From contig JBNGDF010000002.1 of assembly GCA_049975265.1 (NCBI GenBank), positions 21,528-85,527 on the forward strand: a stretch of 64,000 nucleotides of DNA, read 5' to 3'. This stretch comes from Fidelibacterota bacterium. Its GTDB lineage: Bacteria > Fidelibacterota > UBA2242. Under the pieces are notes generated by a model, which saw only the letters and a program-made list of their open reading frames with translations, ran no database searches and was not told the DNA's origin. This document shows, piece by piece, positions 1-9,223 of this stretch (position 1 is its first letter; each line of letters starts with the position of its first letter). The translations under genes were made by a program, and so were the position numbers.

Positions 1-351
1 CAGAAATCCGATTAGTGCCGTCACCGGTGGAACCAGCGACATAATCAGCATGGAGATGCGCGCGCCCGCCACCACAAAGGCTTGAAAAAGCAGCAGATCG
101 CCAATCGTAAAACCGACAATCCCGGAAACCGACAACCAGACCCAATTGTGAATATCGGCGTCCACCGGCAGCAGATAGCCCCGCGTACTCCAGGTGAACA
201 GACACAGGAACAGCAGCCCGATATACAGACGAATATAGTTCACCGCCAGCGAACCGACCTTTTTTCCAGCCGACTCAAATGACAGCGACGTTACCGTCCA
301 GCAGACCGCCGTCGCCAGCGCTGCCAGCTCACCCAGATTAGACCTTAGCAT
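1..351 (-). CDS. DMT/EamA family transporter (5' part; runs off the window)
   Basis: Not in the ORF track. Manual translation from ATG at 351 gives MLRSNLGELAALATAVCWTVTSLSFESAGKKVGSLAVNYIRL...SGIVGFTIGDLLLFQAFVVAGARISMLIMSLVPPVTALIGFL, an EamA-type hydrophobic pattern, open to base 1. Confidence 0.85.
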   Translation of the reverse strand, partial: MLRSNLGELAALATAVCWTVTSLSFESAGKKVGSLAVNYIRLYIGLLFLCLFTWSTRGYLLPVDADIHNWVWLSVSGIVGFTIGDLLLFQAFVVAGARISMLIMSLVPPVTALIGFL

Positions 352-391
352 TGAAATCTCATATCTAAAAAAACTTACTAACCGCGCAAAT

Positions 392-1141
392 TTAGGAATC
401 CACCGGTTTGAATTCAAATTTTCCCTGAATCGCCAGCTGATCATCGACAATAATACAAACCGCCAGAATCGACGGGATCGCCCGAATATCCGCCAGCACT
501 CTCCCGATATCCCCGGCTGTCCGTACCCTGTTACCAAAAGCCGTTGCAAAGGCATCTGCCAGGGCTGCATCCCGACAGGCGATGGTCACCGCATCCGCCA
601 GCCCATAACTGAATGAATGCCCTACTTTCCCCGATGATGTGCAGACCCCCAGCGGCGCGATGTCCGGCGTGATTCTCAGGGCGATTTTATTGGAGAGTGG
701 GGAGTTGCCGGCAAATATGCTGACGTACGTATCTTGCGCAATGTCCAGGTAAATATCACCGCCGTTTTCAACAATCAACTCCTCAACCGAAAACTCCGCC
801 TTTATTCTCCTTCCGACCTCTTCAGCGAAGCCCCCCGCCACCGCCGCCAGCGGTCCCACCCGGGCGCTTTGGGCGGCGTTCAGCATTTTGCGCACCACTG
901 CCGGCGCCTGTGGATCGAATGTAACCGGTTTATGACTTTTGATAAATTCAGGAAACGTCCGGGCGTACCCTTCTACCTCATTTCTCAAAATAATGATAGA
1001 TTCCCGCGCAAAGGCGGCGAGTCTTTTTTCCGAAATTGCCGGATTGGAGGCAATCCATAAATCGGTTTCCAGATAATCGACATTAATATATCGAAACCGG
1101 TTATCGTCAGGTATAATTCGATATGTACGTGGTTCGTACAT
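392..1141 (-). CDS. UPF0280 family protein (ApbE superfamily)
   Basis: MYEPRTYR N-terminus, VGPLAAVAG, IVENGGD, GVCTSSGKVGHSFSYG-ADAV motifs. Confidence 0.85.
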   Translation of the reverse strand: MYEPRTYRIIPDDNRFRYINVDYLETDLWIASNPAISEKRLAAFARESIIILRNEVEGYARTFPEFIKSHKPVTFDPQAPAVVRKMLNAAQSARVGPLAAVAGGFAEEVGRRIKAEFSVEELIVENGGDIYLDIAQDTYVSIFAGNSPLSNKIALRITPDIAPLGVCTSSGKVGHSFSYGLADAVTIACRDAALADAFATAFGNRVRTAGDIGRVLADIRAIPSILAVCIIVDDQLAIQGKFEFKPVDS

Positions 1142-1182
1142 TCTGCCCCGTTCTGTTAAAAATTAGGGATTCAATTATCCGG

Positions 1183-2334
1183 TCAGATGTTGATTGTGAG
1201 CGACTGGATCGATGATTTCTGCGGTAGCGGCTGCACCATCGTGCTCAGCAAAAACTCGCCGGCTTTGATCTGTGCCTTCAATATTTCGGCGATTTCCCGC
1301 GCCCGGCTCAGATTCGTCATGGCACCGGTTTTTGCGACTTTGCCCCGGATTTTGACAGATCCCGACAGCAGCTCCGCATAACTCACGCGTCCGATTTCCG
1401 GTTTCTCCGCCTGATTGTAGTCGCGGATAATGGTCTCAATCCGGCGGTTATTGACCGATACGCGCCGGGCGATATCTACGTCCAGAACGGGAATGGGAAT
1501 CCCGATACCGACAAACAGACTGGTACCATATCCCCGAAGGAAAATGCCTTTCACAAAACGGCGGTTCATCTGTTTGCAGTCACCGATCACCGCCAGGGTA
1601 GCATCGTTTTGCAGCGGAACACCAGACTCGTTCAGCTGTCCACCTCTGCGGAACTGGGTACCGTTCCAGGCGACATATCCCTGTGCACCGCAGAGAAATA
1701 TCCGGGTGCCGATGCCGATGGTGCGCAGTTCTGGATCGTTCAGCAACGGACTCAATTCACCTGCGGTTGAATAGTTGATATTGGCGCAATGCGGACGGAG
1801 AGTACCCATGTAGGTGTAAATCGTCTTTTCACCGGAATTTGTCGCCGCCGGGTAATTCTGATAGGCATTGCGGGGATTGAACATAAAGATTTCGTTGACA
1901 CTGTCCCGATGGATAAAGGTATCGATTTCTCTCCGCGGATAGCAATCGGTGCCGCCGCTGAACGCTCTGAGCCGAACCTCTTTACCGGCAATCAGCTCTT
2001 CAATGACGTGTCCGCCGCCGTATTTCGGGCGACTCTCTGACAATTGGGTCGCCCCCAGATAGGCATCCACAGCAGCGATTCCCGCATAGGCTGCGACATC
2101 ATTCAGATAGATTTTCTGCATCCGGATCGGCGGATTCGGGTGTCCGAAATTGATAAAAACTCCGGATGAACACATCGGACCGAAAGTGCCGGTCGTAACA
2201 ACATCGACTTTCCGAACTATGTCATCGGGTGAACACTCTTCTGCCAGGCGGCTGACCTCTTCGGCAGTCAGAACTACCGCCTGACCGTTTTTTATTTTCT
2301 CATTGATTTCATCTATACTTTTTGTCTGTGTCAT
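1183..2334 (-). CDS. DUF39 homocysteine biosynthesis protein (L-aspartate-semialdehyde sulfurtransferase, MA1821/MJ0100-like; no CBS domain)
   Basis: KSIDEINEKI, VDVVTTGTFGPMCSSG, YGGGHVIE, GTDCYPR, NPRNAYQNY, TYMG, LSPLLNDP, IGIGTRIFL. Start set at ATG 2334 after GAGGG. Confidence 0.85.
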   Translation of the reverse strand: MTQTKSIDEINEKIKNGQAVVLTAEEVSRLAEECSPDDIVRKVDVVTTGTFGPMCSSGVFINFGHPNPPIRMQKIYLNDVAAYAGIAAVDAYLGATQLSESRPKYGGGHVIEELIAGKEVRLRAFSGGTDCYPRREIDTFIHRDSVNEIFMFNPRNAYQNYPAATNSGEKTIYTYMGTLRPHCANINYSTAGELSPLLNDPELRTIGIGTRIFLCGAQGYVAWNGTQFRRGGQLNESGVPLQNDATLAVIGDCKQMNRRFVKGIFLRGYGTSLFVGIGIPIPVLDVDIARRVSVNNRRIETIIRDYNQAEKPEIGRVSYAELLSGSVKIRGKVAKTGAMTNLSRAREIAEILKAQIKAGEFLLSTMVQPLPQKSSIQSLTINI

Positions 2335-3718
2335 CTTGTCCCTCAGAATTATTGAAAAATTCAGCATGAATTGCCCGGACCGCTTCATTGCGATCGCTTC
2401 GCCTCACAATGAAATAGGCTGCCACCGGCGAAGCACCCACGGAGATGATTTCCATGTTAATGCCCCGCTTCGAGACAGCCCCAAACATTCGAACGGCAAT
2501 CCCGTGCTTTTCCAATAATCCCTCACCCACTGCGGCAATGACCGACAAATCACTCTCGGTAACTACGTTTTTTACGGCAGTCAATTTCAATCCCAGAACA
2601 GCCTGATGCGCCGGTTCGAGGTCTTTCAGTCCCAAAAGGAAATTGATCGACGTTTGCGATGTGATGACCGATTTAATATTAATCCCTTTGTGATCCATCT
2701 CCCCGGTGACTTTGGCAAGAATACCCGGCTTGTTTCCTACGCCCGGTCCCTCCAGTTTCAGAATACAGAAGTCATCACTGTAGCTGACGCTTTTGATGAC
2801 ATCCTCTTTGCGGGTTCCGTTGACGCTGATAGTTGTGTAAGGCGTCGCAGTAGACTCGACATTGGCAATATTGAAAATCCGGATGGGAATTCCCTGCACC
2901 ATCAGCGGTTCCACCGTCCGCGGATGCAATATTTTGGCGCCGAAATAAGCCAGCTCGGCGGCTTCGGTATAGGTCAGCTGATGAATCCCGTGGGTGTTGG
3001 CAACCAGCTTCGGATCAGCGGTCCGGAACCCGTCAACGTCTTTCCAGATATCCAGGGATTCGGCACCGATACAGGCAGCGATCGATGCTGCCGTATAATC
3101 GCTCCCCCCCCTGCCGAAAAGCGTAACCCTGCCCTCCCTGGAAATTCCGTAAAAGCCCGGTACGACGGCGGTCTTATCGCCGGCAAAGCGCCGTGCTACC
3201 GCCTCCCTGCTGGCATCGAAATCCACTTCGGCATTACCGAATTCACCATCGGTTATCAGTCGCATCTCTTCGGGAGTTACCTCTTCGCAGGCAATCCCCC
3301 GATCCCGCAGCAGGGCGCTCATAATGGCGGCGCTCAACCGCTCACCGAAACTCATCACAATATCCGAGACAAAGGGCGGAATCTCTCCGATATAATTCAC
3401 GCCTTTCAGATAGCGTTTCAACGCCCTGATTCTTTCATCCAGCAGCGCCCGGGTCTGCTCCTGAATATTGCGGTCCCGGATCAGCATAAAAATGGTATCC
3501 CGCTTGCGACTGATCAATTTATCCAGATTGGTTCCAATCGTAGCGTGATCGTGCTGCGCCTTAAAGAGCATCTCCTCCAGCATGTCGGTAATGCCGTAAA
3601 AAGCGGAGACCACCACGACCAGTGGTCGCCGGTAATTCCGTATCACCGTCAGGACGTTCTCGATATCCTGCTGACTGCGGAGATTCGAACCCCCGAATTT
3701 GACAACAATCTTTGGCAT
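2309..3718 (-). CDS. lysC: Aspartate kinase with two C-terminal ACT domains
   Basis: VVKFGGS, VVSA, SFGERLS, GRGGSDYTA, WKDVDG, ADPK, ELAYFGAKILHP. Start set at ATG 3718 after AAGGA (track gives 3748). Confidence 0.92.
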   Translation of the reverse strand: MPKIVVKFGGSNLRSQQDIENVLTVIRNYRRPLVVVVSAFYGITDMLEEMLFKAQHDHATIGTNLDKLISRKRDTIFMLIRDRNIQEQTRALLDERIRALKRYLKGVNYIGEIPPFVSDIVMSFGERLSAAIMSALLRDRGIACEEVTPEEMRLITDGEFGNAEVDFDASREAVARRFAGDKTAVVPGFYGISREGRVTLFGRGGSDYTAASIAACIGAESLDIWKDVDGFRTADPKLVANTHGIHQLTYTEAAELAYFGAKILHPRTVEPLMVQGIPIRIFNIANVESTATPYTTISVNGTRKEDVIKSVSYSDDFCILKLEGPGVGNKPGILAKVTGEMDHKGINIKSVITSQTSINFLLGLKDLEPAHQAVLGLKLTAVKNVVTESDLSVIAAVGEGLLEKHGIAVRMFGAVSKRGINMEIISVGASPVAAYFIVRRSDRNEAVRAIHAEFFNNSEGQDDTDKKYR

Positions 3719-3896
3719 TTTTCCTTTACCCGCTTCCTTCTTTTTCATTTTCGCCAGGCATTTCTTTATTTTTAATAAACCGACAAATCATACATCATCG
3801 CTCTGTCTTCACAGGAGTTGAAAATTAACATAATCCGGGTTTTATTAAAAGCAGTTTCCGGGTCTGTTTTCTGTCACCAGGTGAGGCTTCACCGAA

Positions 3897-3926
3897 GAAA
3901 AAATATGCGCTGCGCCTCAGCAGCGC
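3897..3926 (-). terminator. Probable intrinsic terminator after the outer-membrane protein genes
   Basis: Minus strand reads GCGCTGC-TGAGGC-GCAGCGC then ATATTTTTT. Confidence 0.55.
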
Positions 3927-3960
3927 CCGCACCTTTCATGTTCGGTGACAGGCTGCGCCG

Positions 3961-5229
3961 CTAAAATTTCATGTAAATGCCGAAAATATAGGGCTGGAAA
4001 TGAATGCCAAAACGCAGCCAGTCGCTGAAAGCGTAGATAAATCCCACGTCAAAGTGAAAAGGCGATACCCAGTGTTTTTCCGATTTTTTGGTCGTAAGAT
4101 TGCCCTCGAAAATCCCGAATATGCCGTCCGCCCGGTTCCACCATTCCACATAGTAGGGATCGTAGTAAACTTCATAATTCAGTATCAGGTTTCGGCGGAT
4201 ATCAATGCCGCCGGCATAATAGTACTTCATCAGCGGTGCTTCCCGCTCCGGATGTTTACCGACAATCACCCCCAGAGTGTGCGCGATTCTGCCGGTGTCG
4301 TTCTTCCGGGTTTTGGAAAATGTATAGGCGGCAAACAGTTCATAATAGGGAGCATAATCCGGCTCCTCCACACTTACCCAGTCGTATTCAATCTCGTTAT
4401 ATTTGGTATTAAAGTGCTGCTCATTGTCTTCCAGCTCGACCCGGGAGCCGATTTTATAGTACCCGCCGAAATAGACCGGTGTGGAACCGCCGGTGGCAAC
4501 CCATTTGTAATTACTGTCCGGATTAAACAACCCGTTTTCAAATTCATATTCCGCCTCAAGCCACTCAAACTTATCGGGATTGAGACGGGTGTGAATATGC
4601 CCGCCAACGGAAAAGGTATGTTCTTTCTCAAAGGTCCCCAGGCGAAACAGCTGCAGTTTCGGGCGAACATTGAAATTGCCGATAAAATAACCCGCCCACT
4701 TCGAAGTAACCTGAAACTTATCGGTAATCCCGAATCCCCAGGAAAGCCCGCTGAGGTAGAGAATCCCCTTATCCAGCGTATAACCGGTGGGGTCGTAAAA
4801 AACGTCAATCTGGCGTTCATTGCTCAGGGTAAATTTATCCGAAAGCGGGGCAATGCGATGTCCCTTGTCCTGAAGTCCATAGTCGATATTGGCGATATCG
4901 GCGTTATCTATCCGCAGCAGACCGTAATCGGTCAGGATTTCGGTCTCTTTTTCACTTTTAAGGAGAATCCGACCTTTGACCTTATCGCCGGAAATCAATT
5001 CGATGGAGACCACCTCCTCCAGAATGTTGTCGGGACTGACGGAAATATCGCCGTAGCGGGTACGGATAAGAATCTCACCGGTCTGCGGGTCTGTGCCAAG
5101 GACGGAGCCGGTGATTTGATCACCGTTTTTAAGATAAATTGTCCGCTCGTCAGCCGGCAGAGCGGCGACCAGCAGAATCAGATTAAATCCAATCAAAAAA
5201 GGTATAACGAGAGCAGGGATTCTTTTCAT
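3961..5229 (-). CDS. Hypothetical exported protein, probable outer-membrane beta-barrel with two N-terminal small beta repeats
   Basis: Signal peptide MKRIPALVIPFLIGFNLILLVAALPA; repeated L(K/I)(N/S)GD-x-x-G units; aromatic-rich strands ending FGIYMKF. Confidence 0.55.
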   Translation of the reverse strand: MKRIPALVIPFLIGFNLILLVAALPADERTIYLKNGDQITGSVLGTDPQTGEILIRTRYGDISVSPDNILEEVVSIELISGDKVKGRILLKSEKETEILTDYGLLRIDNADIANIDYGLQDKGHRIAPLSDKFTLSNERQIDVFYDPTGYTLDKGILYLSGLSWGFGITDKFQVTSKWAGYFIGNFNVRPKLQLFRLGTFEKEHTFSVGGHIHTRLNPDKFEWLEAEYEFENGLFNPDSNYKWVATGGSTPVYFGGYYKIGSRVELEDNEQHFNTKYNEIEYDWVSVEEPDYAPYYELFAAYTFSKTRKNDTGRIAHTLGVIVGKHPEREAPLMKYYYAGGIDIRRNLILNYEVYYDPYYVEWWNRADGIFGIFEGNLTTKKSEKHWVSPFHFDVGFIYAFSDWLRFGIHFQPYIFGIYMKF

Positions 5230-5257
5230 GGCGGGCTCCACTATTATGTTTGTTAAT

Positions 5258-7015
5258 TTATAGATTAATGAAGGTCCAGTCAACACCGAAAATTTTCAGG
5301 CGGTTGCGGTAGGGCATTCCGGGTAAAGCGGAAAAGGCACGACCTTCAATATTGTAAATCGTGTAAAAAATGTGGAACGGACCGATCCTGGCACCGATAA
5401 TGCCATTGACCGTCAGGCGTTCATTGGTATAATAATTCACGTTGCCCACGGCTTGAGTCTGCAACTGCTCAAACCAGATCCATCTGTCCGGTCCCTTCAG
5501 ATAATGCATTTCTCCGGAGATATAGAGATGCAGATTATCCCTGAACAACCACTGCTCTTTTGTCAGCCTCGTCCATCCCTGAAAAAGGAGCCGCTCATCA
5601 CCAATGTATCGGGGCGTGAGGACAATACGCCCCTTCAGTCGGATTTGCCAGGGCAGGTTAAAATCAAATGCCTCTGTCAGATAGACATCATTGAGTGTCT
5701 CTTTTTGCAGAGTGTAGTGCATTGACTCAATTGTTTCTTTAAACGGAGCTGAAAATTCCGCTTTGGTATAATCCAAACGCGAATCGAAATGGCTTCTACC
5801 AAAATTCATCCGGAGTCCGAGAGTCTGACGAAGTGCCGAAAAACCGTCGTCCGGCGGATTGGCGCCCGACTTTCCCGCCAGGTCGGTGAAATAGATCAGA
5901 GGATAGCAAAAATAATCCGTGGCTGACCGGGAGTAGAGATTCAGCCTGCCCCGGAGATTGCGGAATTCTGCAGTTATATCAGCCGTCAGATTCGAATTGA
6001 CCGAGCCGAATGCGGCGGAGACATCCAATCGGCGCCCCTCTTTTCCATACCGGATGGATTGTCTGAAGTGTGACCGTGTCCGGGAATCACCATGACGGAC
6101 AGAAACCGACTCAAGAACCGGTTCAATATCAATGCGCAGGCTTCCGCTCCAAATATTAAAATCGCCGCGAAACATTCCTGAATACTGATAGGCTTCGGCG
6201 TTGAAGGCATACGCCGTCGTATCGTGATGAACATTGTACAGGAAGTTGGTCAGCTGCCCTCCGATTTTCAGAAATCCCCGACTGGTAGCCCTTTCTCCGT
6301 TCATGTAGATACTCGCGCGGTACTGTTTCAGACGCCCGGCGTGGTTCCAGTTCAAAACCGTCTCAGCACCTGCTTTGCCCAGAGCAGAAACGGCGGTCAT
6401 GCCGGGAAAAAACTTCTGATAGCTGCAACCCAGCCCGGTGTCCCAGGGATCGCCGATCTTATTTATATCTAAAAAATAATTTTGAACAACGCTTTCCTTT
6501 AATTTGGCATAATTCGGTCCCAGCAGTCCGTCGGCACCGTCATATCCCAGATTTTCGCCGAACAGACGCCACTGAATATTCTCAGCAATATCACCGGCAA
6601 CAATGGCGGCGAAATTCAGGAAACCGTAGTCACCGCGGTAGTAATCAAAGCGGGAGAGATTAAACCCGGAGTCGGCAAATACCGGCGTCAAATGCATCTG
6701 ATAGTTCAACGGATCGATCCTCACCCTCTGGTGGCGGGGATTGAGCCAGGCGATTGGAACCGTTCCGAACAACGGATCGGTAATTTCAATATTTTGATAT
6801 TCCACCGGGAATGTGTACCCCGGTAAACCAAAACAGCTCCGGGCAGCATTGATTCCCCAATCGTCGACGGGCGCAATCAATATGCCGGTTTCTGCCAACA
6901 ACATTTCGGCGGCATTGCAGGGCTGAAAGGCTGTGGAATCGAATGACAGTGCCCGGATGGCGGCATTGAATGCCAACATCATCAGGAGAATCCGGAGCAG
7001 CGGTCTAGGCGGCAT
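5258..7015 (-). CDS. Putative outer-membrane beta-barrel (putative-porin-like)
   Basis: Signal peptide; amphipathic strands; C-terminus ALPGMPYRNRLKIFGVDWTFINL resembles FCB putative porins. Confidence 0.55.
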   Translation of the reverse strand: MPPRPLLRILLMMLAFNAAIRALSFDSTAFQPCNAAEMLLAETGILIAPVDDWGINAARSCFGLPGYTFPVEYQNIEITDPLFGTVPIAWLNPRHQRVRIDPLNYQMHLTPVFADSGFNLSRFDYYRGDYGFLNFAAIVAGDIAENIQWRLFGENLGYDGADGLLGPNYAKLKESVVQNYFLDINKIGDPWDTGLGCSYQKFFPGMTAVSALGKAGAETVLNWNHAGRLKQYRASIYMNGERATSRGFLKIGGQLTNFLYNVHHDTTAYAFNAEAYQYSGMFRGDFNIWSGSLRIDIEPVLESVSVRHGDSRTRSHFRQSIRYGKEGRRLDVSAAFGSVNSNLTADITAEFRNLRGRLNLYSRSATDYFCYPLIYFTDLAGKSGANPPDDGFSALRQTLGLRMNFGRSHFDSRLDYTKAEFSAPFKETIESMHYTLQKETLNDVYLTEAFDFNLPWQIRLKGRIVLTPRYIGDERLLFQGWTRLTKEQWLFRDNLHLYISGEMHYLKGPDRWIWFEQLQTQAVGNVNYYTNERLTVNGIIGARIGPFHIFYTIYNIEGRAFSALPGMPYRNRLKIFGVDWTFINL

Positions 7016-7622
7016 TCGATCTTTCCGGTTTTGGCATTACAGGAAAAAAATCGGCGAAAAAAGGAATCGCCTGATACAATTTCTGCGTGAGCACAGGCAC
7101 CAGCAGAATAAACACCAGCGTATTGCTGATCAGATGAATGCCGCTGAAAGCCAGCCCGGCGATAATCGTAACAATGATTTCGCGCAGCGTAAATCCAGCC
7201 GAAACCGGAAAAGCCGCCGATGTCAGGATATCATAGAAAAGGGTCAGAAACAGACCTGTTCCCCCCAGAATCACTACCGTTCGTAAACCTGGTTGAGCAT
7301 TCAGAACAGGACGGCGCAGGAGAGCACCAGAAAAAGCAACCACCCCCATGGCAACCAGCTGCGCCAGCAGCAGCGGCGGAAACAGCAAACCGGACCCCAT
7401 GGGATTCAGCGCAGAAAACAGGAGTTCACCTAGTACACCGATCAAAATACCGTATTTATAGCTCATCAGGACCCCGGCGCTGAAGATCAGAGCGGTGAGT
7501 AATTCGACATTCGGTACAAGTGCCAAAGCATATCCGGCTCCCAGCAATACGGCAATAAATATACCGCAAAAGGCGACGATTCGGGTTGTCTGATAATCTG
7601 TATTTTCGAATTTTTTCGGCAT
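7005..7622 (-). CDS. ECF transporter S component (CbrT-like)
   Basis: About 205 aa with about 6 TM segments; VPNVELLTALIF...G and HLISN motifs. Start set at ATG 7622. Confidence 0.65.
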   Translation of the reverse strand: MPKKFENTDYQTTRIVAFCGIFIAVLLGAGYALALVPNVELLTALIFSAGVLMSYKYGILIGVLGELLFSALNPMGSGLLFPPLLLAQLVAMGVVAFSGALLRRPVLNAQPGLRTVVILGGTGLFLTLFYDILTSAAFPVSAGFTLREIIVTIIAGLAFSGIHLISNTLVFILLVPVLTQKLYQAIPFFADFFPVMPKPERSNAA

Positions 7623-7704
7623 CGGCTCACAACATTCCATTTTTATGAACAGGATTTTCCGGAATTCCGGCACGGCTGTTCCGGAGATTCTTCGAATTGG
7701 TGAA

Positions 7705-8667
7705 TTACTCCAAACGATCACCTTTGTAAAGCGCCCGATGGAAATAGTTGTTTTTATTGGTCCAATTTCCTTCTGTGGTATCGGTTTCGATTTCCCGCTT
7801 CATCTGATTTATCCGGGTATCGATTTCATCAATATAGTAGACCAGCAGGGCTTCCGGGAAAAGCGGCTCTCGGGGCGATTGCCATTCCAGTTTGCCCTGA
7901 TGGGCAAGAATGATATGCTCCATTTTCAACTGCAGGATTTCGGGGAAATCTTCAATTTTGGCGATCGCCTCCCGCAGCATATCCCTGCCCAGCACCACAT
8001 GCCCGATAAAATTACCACAGTCGGTATAGCTGGTGGACAGTCCCGGCTCCAGTTCCTGCAATTTGCCGATATCGTGCAGCAGAACACCGCTGATGACTAA
8101 ATCCCGATCCAGATCGCTGTAATTCCCGCAGATCCCCTCAGCCATTTTCAGCATGGAATGGGTGTGTTCCAGAAGACCGCCCCGGAAGGCATGGTGCAGA
8201 ATCATGGAAGCCGGATGAAACTTAAGCGCCTCTTCATGCTCCCGGTAAATGGCTTGTGTCAGTCGTTTCAGATAGGGGTTTTCAAGCGTTTCGATGCTCT
8301 CCAGTACTTCTCTCCACATCTGCTGAATATCCTTGTCGGTAGTGGGAATCAGATTCGTAAGATCAAAGCCATACGCCCGGTCCTGTTCGGGAATCACCCG
8401 CCGGATGTCGTCGATTTTCAACTGCAGCTCGTTATTGAACGAGGTGACCGAGGCTTTTACTGCAACGGCGTCACCCTTTTCGAACCTGGGCGCAAAGATT
8501 TCCACATTGTCCCAGATTTTGGCGTTGACGGTACCCGACCGGTCCATCAGAGTCAGGTCGAGATACTCCTTGTCGGCTTTGGTTTTGCGTATATCTTTCG
8601 AAAACACTACAAAGAAGCTGGAAATCGTCTCGTTTTCCTGAAAATCACGGATAAATTTTCGCTCCAT
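7705..8667 (-). CDS. yhaM: YhaM-family 3'-5' exoribonuclease (OB fold + HD domain)
   Basis: YLDLTLMDRSG...AKIW OB fold; PAS-HHAFRGGLLEHT, LLHDIGK, GHV, HIILAHQGKLEWQSP. Confidence 0.85.
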   Translation of the reverse strand: MERKFIRDFQENETISSFFVVFSKDIRKTKADKEYLDLTLMDRSGTVNAKIWDNVEIFAPRFEKGDAVAVKASVTSFNNELQLKIDDIRRVIPEQDRAYGFDLTNLIPTTDKDIQQMWREVLESIETLENPYLKRLTQAIYREHEEALKFHPASMILHHAFRGGLLEHTHSMLKMAEGICGNYSDLDRDLVISGVLLHDIGKLQELEPGLSTSYTDCGNFIGHVVLGRDMLREAIAKIEDFPEILQLKMEHIILAHQGKLEWQSPREPLFPEALLVYYIDEIDTRINQMKREIETDTTEGNWTNKNNYFHRALYKGDRLE

Positions 8668-8726
8668 GTGTCCCTCGTTATTTACCATCGAAGTATAGGC
8701 AAATTTCGGAAAATTATCTATTGTTT

Positions 8727-9209
8727 TTATGAATCCCGGTGATCCCGCCAGCGACTGTAGGGATGAACAGCCAGATTCGCATTCAAATAGCGCGGATCGT
8801 CGCTGACCTCCGTACCGATCCAGTCCGGTACATTAATGCTCTGATCCGGGGATTCCAGCTCAATTTCCGCCACCACCAGTCCCCGATTCTCACCCAGAAA
8901 TTCATCAACAATCCAGTGATCGCCACCCACATTAACGGCATAGCGAATCTTTTCAATGATTGGATGTGAACAGATTTTGCTGAGAATCGTTTCTGCATCG
9001 CCGGGCGGTATTTCGTATTCGAATTCCAGTCGCTCCAGAGTCGTCACCAGCGATTTAATCCCCAGCCAGGCACACTCGCCGGCTATCCGCACCCGCACCG
9101 CCCGGTGGACATCGGTGCTGATGTAGCCCTGCCGAATCAGAACCGGTTCTGCCAGCGACTGATAAGCATTGCTTTTAACCAGATATTTGCGCTCAATTTC
9201 AACAGCCAT
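8727..9209 (-). CDS. CYTH domain (triphosphate tunnel metalloenzyme) protein
   Basis: EIERKYLV, IRQGY, VRVRI, EFEYEIP, IEKIRY, AEIEL, EVSDDPRY. Confidence 0.9.
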   Translation of the reverse strand: MAVEIERKYLVKSNAYQSLAEPVLIRQGYISTDVHRAVRVRIAGECAWLGIKSLVTTLERLEFEYEIPPGDAETILSKICSHPIIEKIRYAVNVGGDHWIVDEFLGENRGLVVAEIELESPDQSINVPDWIGTEVSDDPRYLNANLAVHPYSRWRDHRDS

Positions 9210-9223
9210 ATTTTCTCCATATT

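Noticed and set aside
3750..3960. SAM or lysine riboswitch ahead of the aspartokinase/homocysteine operon
   Set aside because: Expected from context, but the SAM-I core (ATCnAGAG...GCAACC...GTGC) and lysine motifs are not present.
2606..5256. Long plus-strand ORFs of 389 aa (2606-3775) and 418 aa (4000-5256)
   Set aside because: They are antisense shadows of aspartokinase and the barrel-like gene and carry no recognisable motifs. The same applies to the other short overlapping ORFs in the track.
7705..9209. HD-domain + CYTH pair as a nucleotide-signalling defence system
   Set aside because: The HD protein is a typical YhaM and both genes sit in a housekeeping-like run with no effector or mobility genes.
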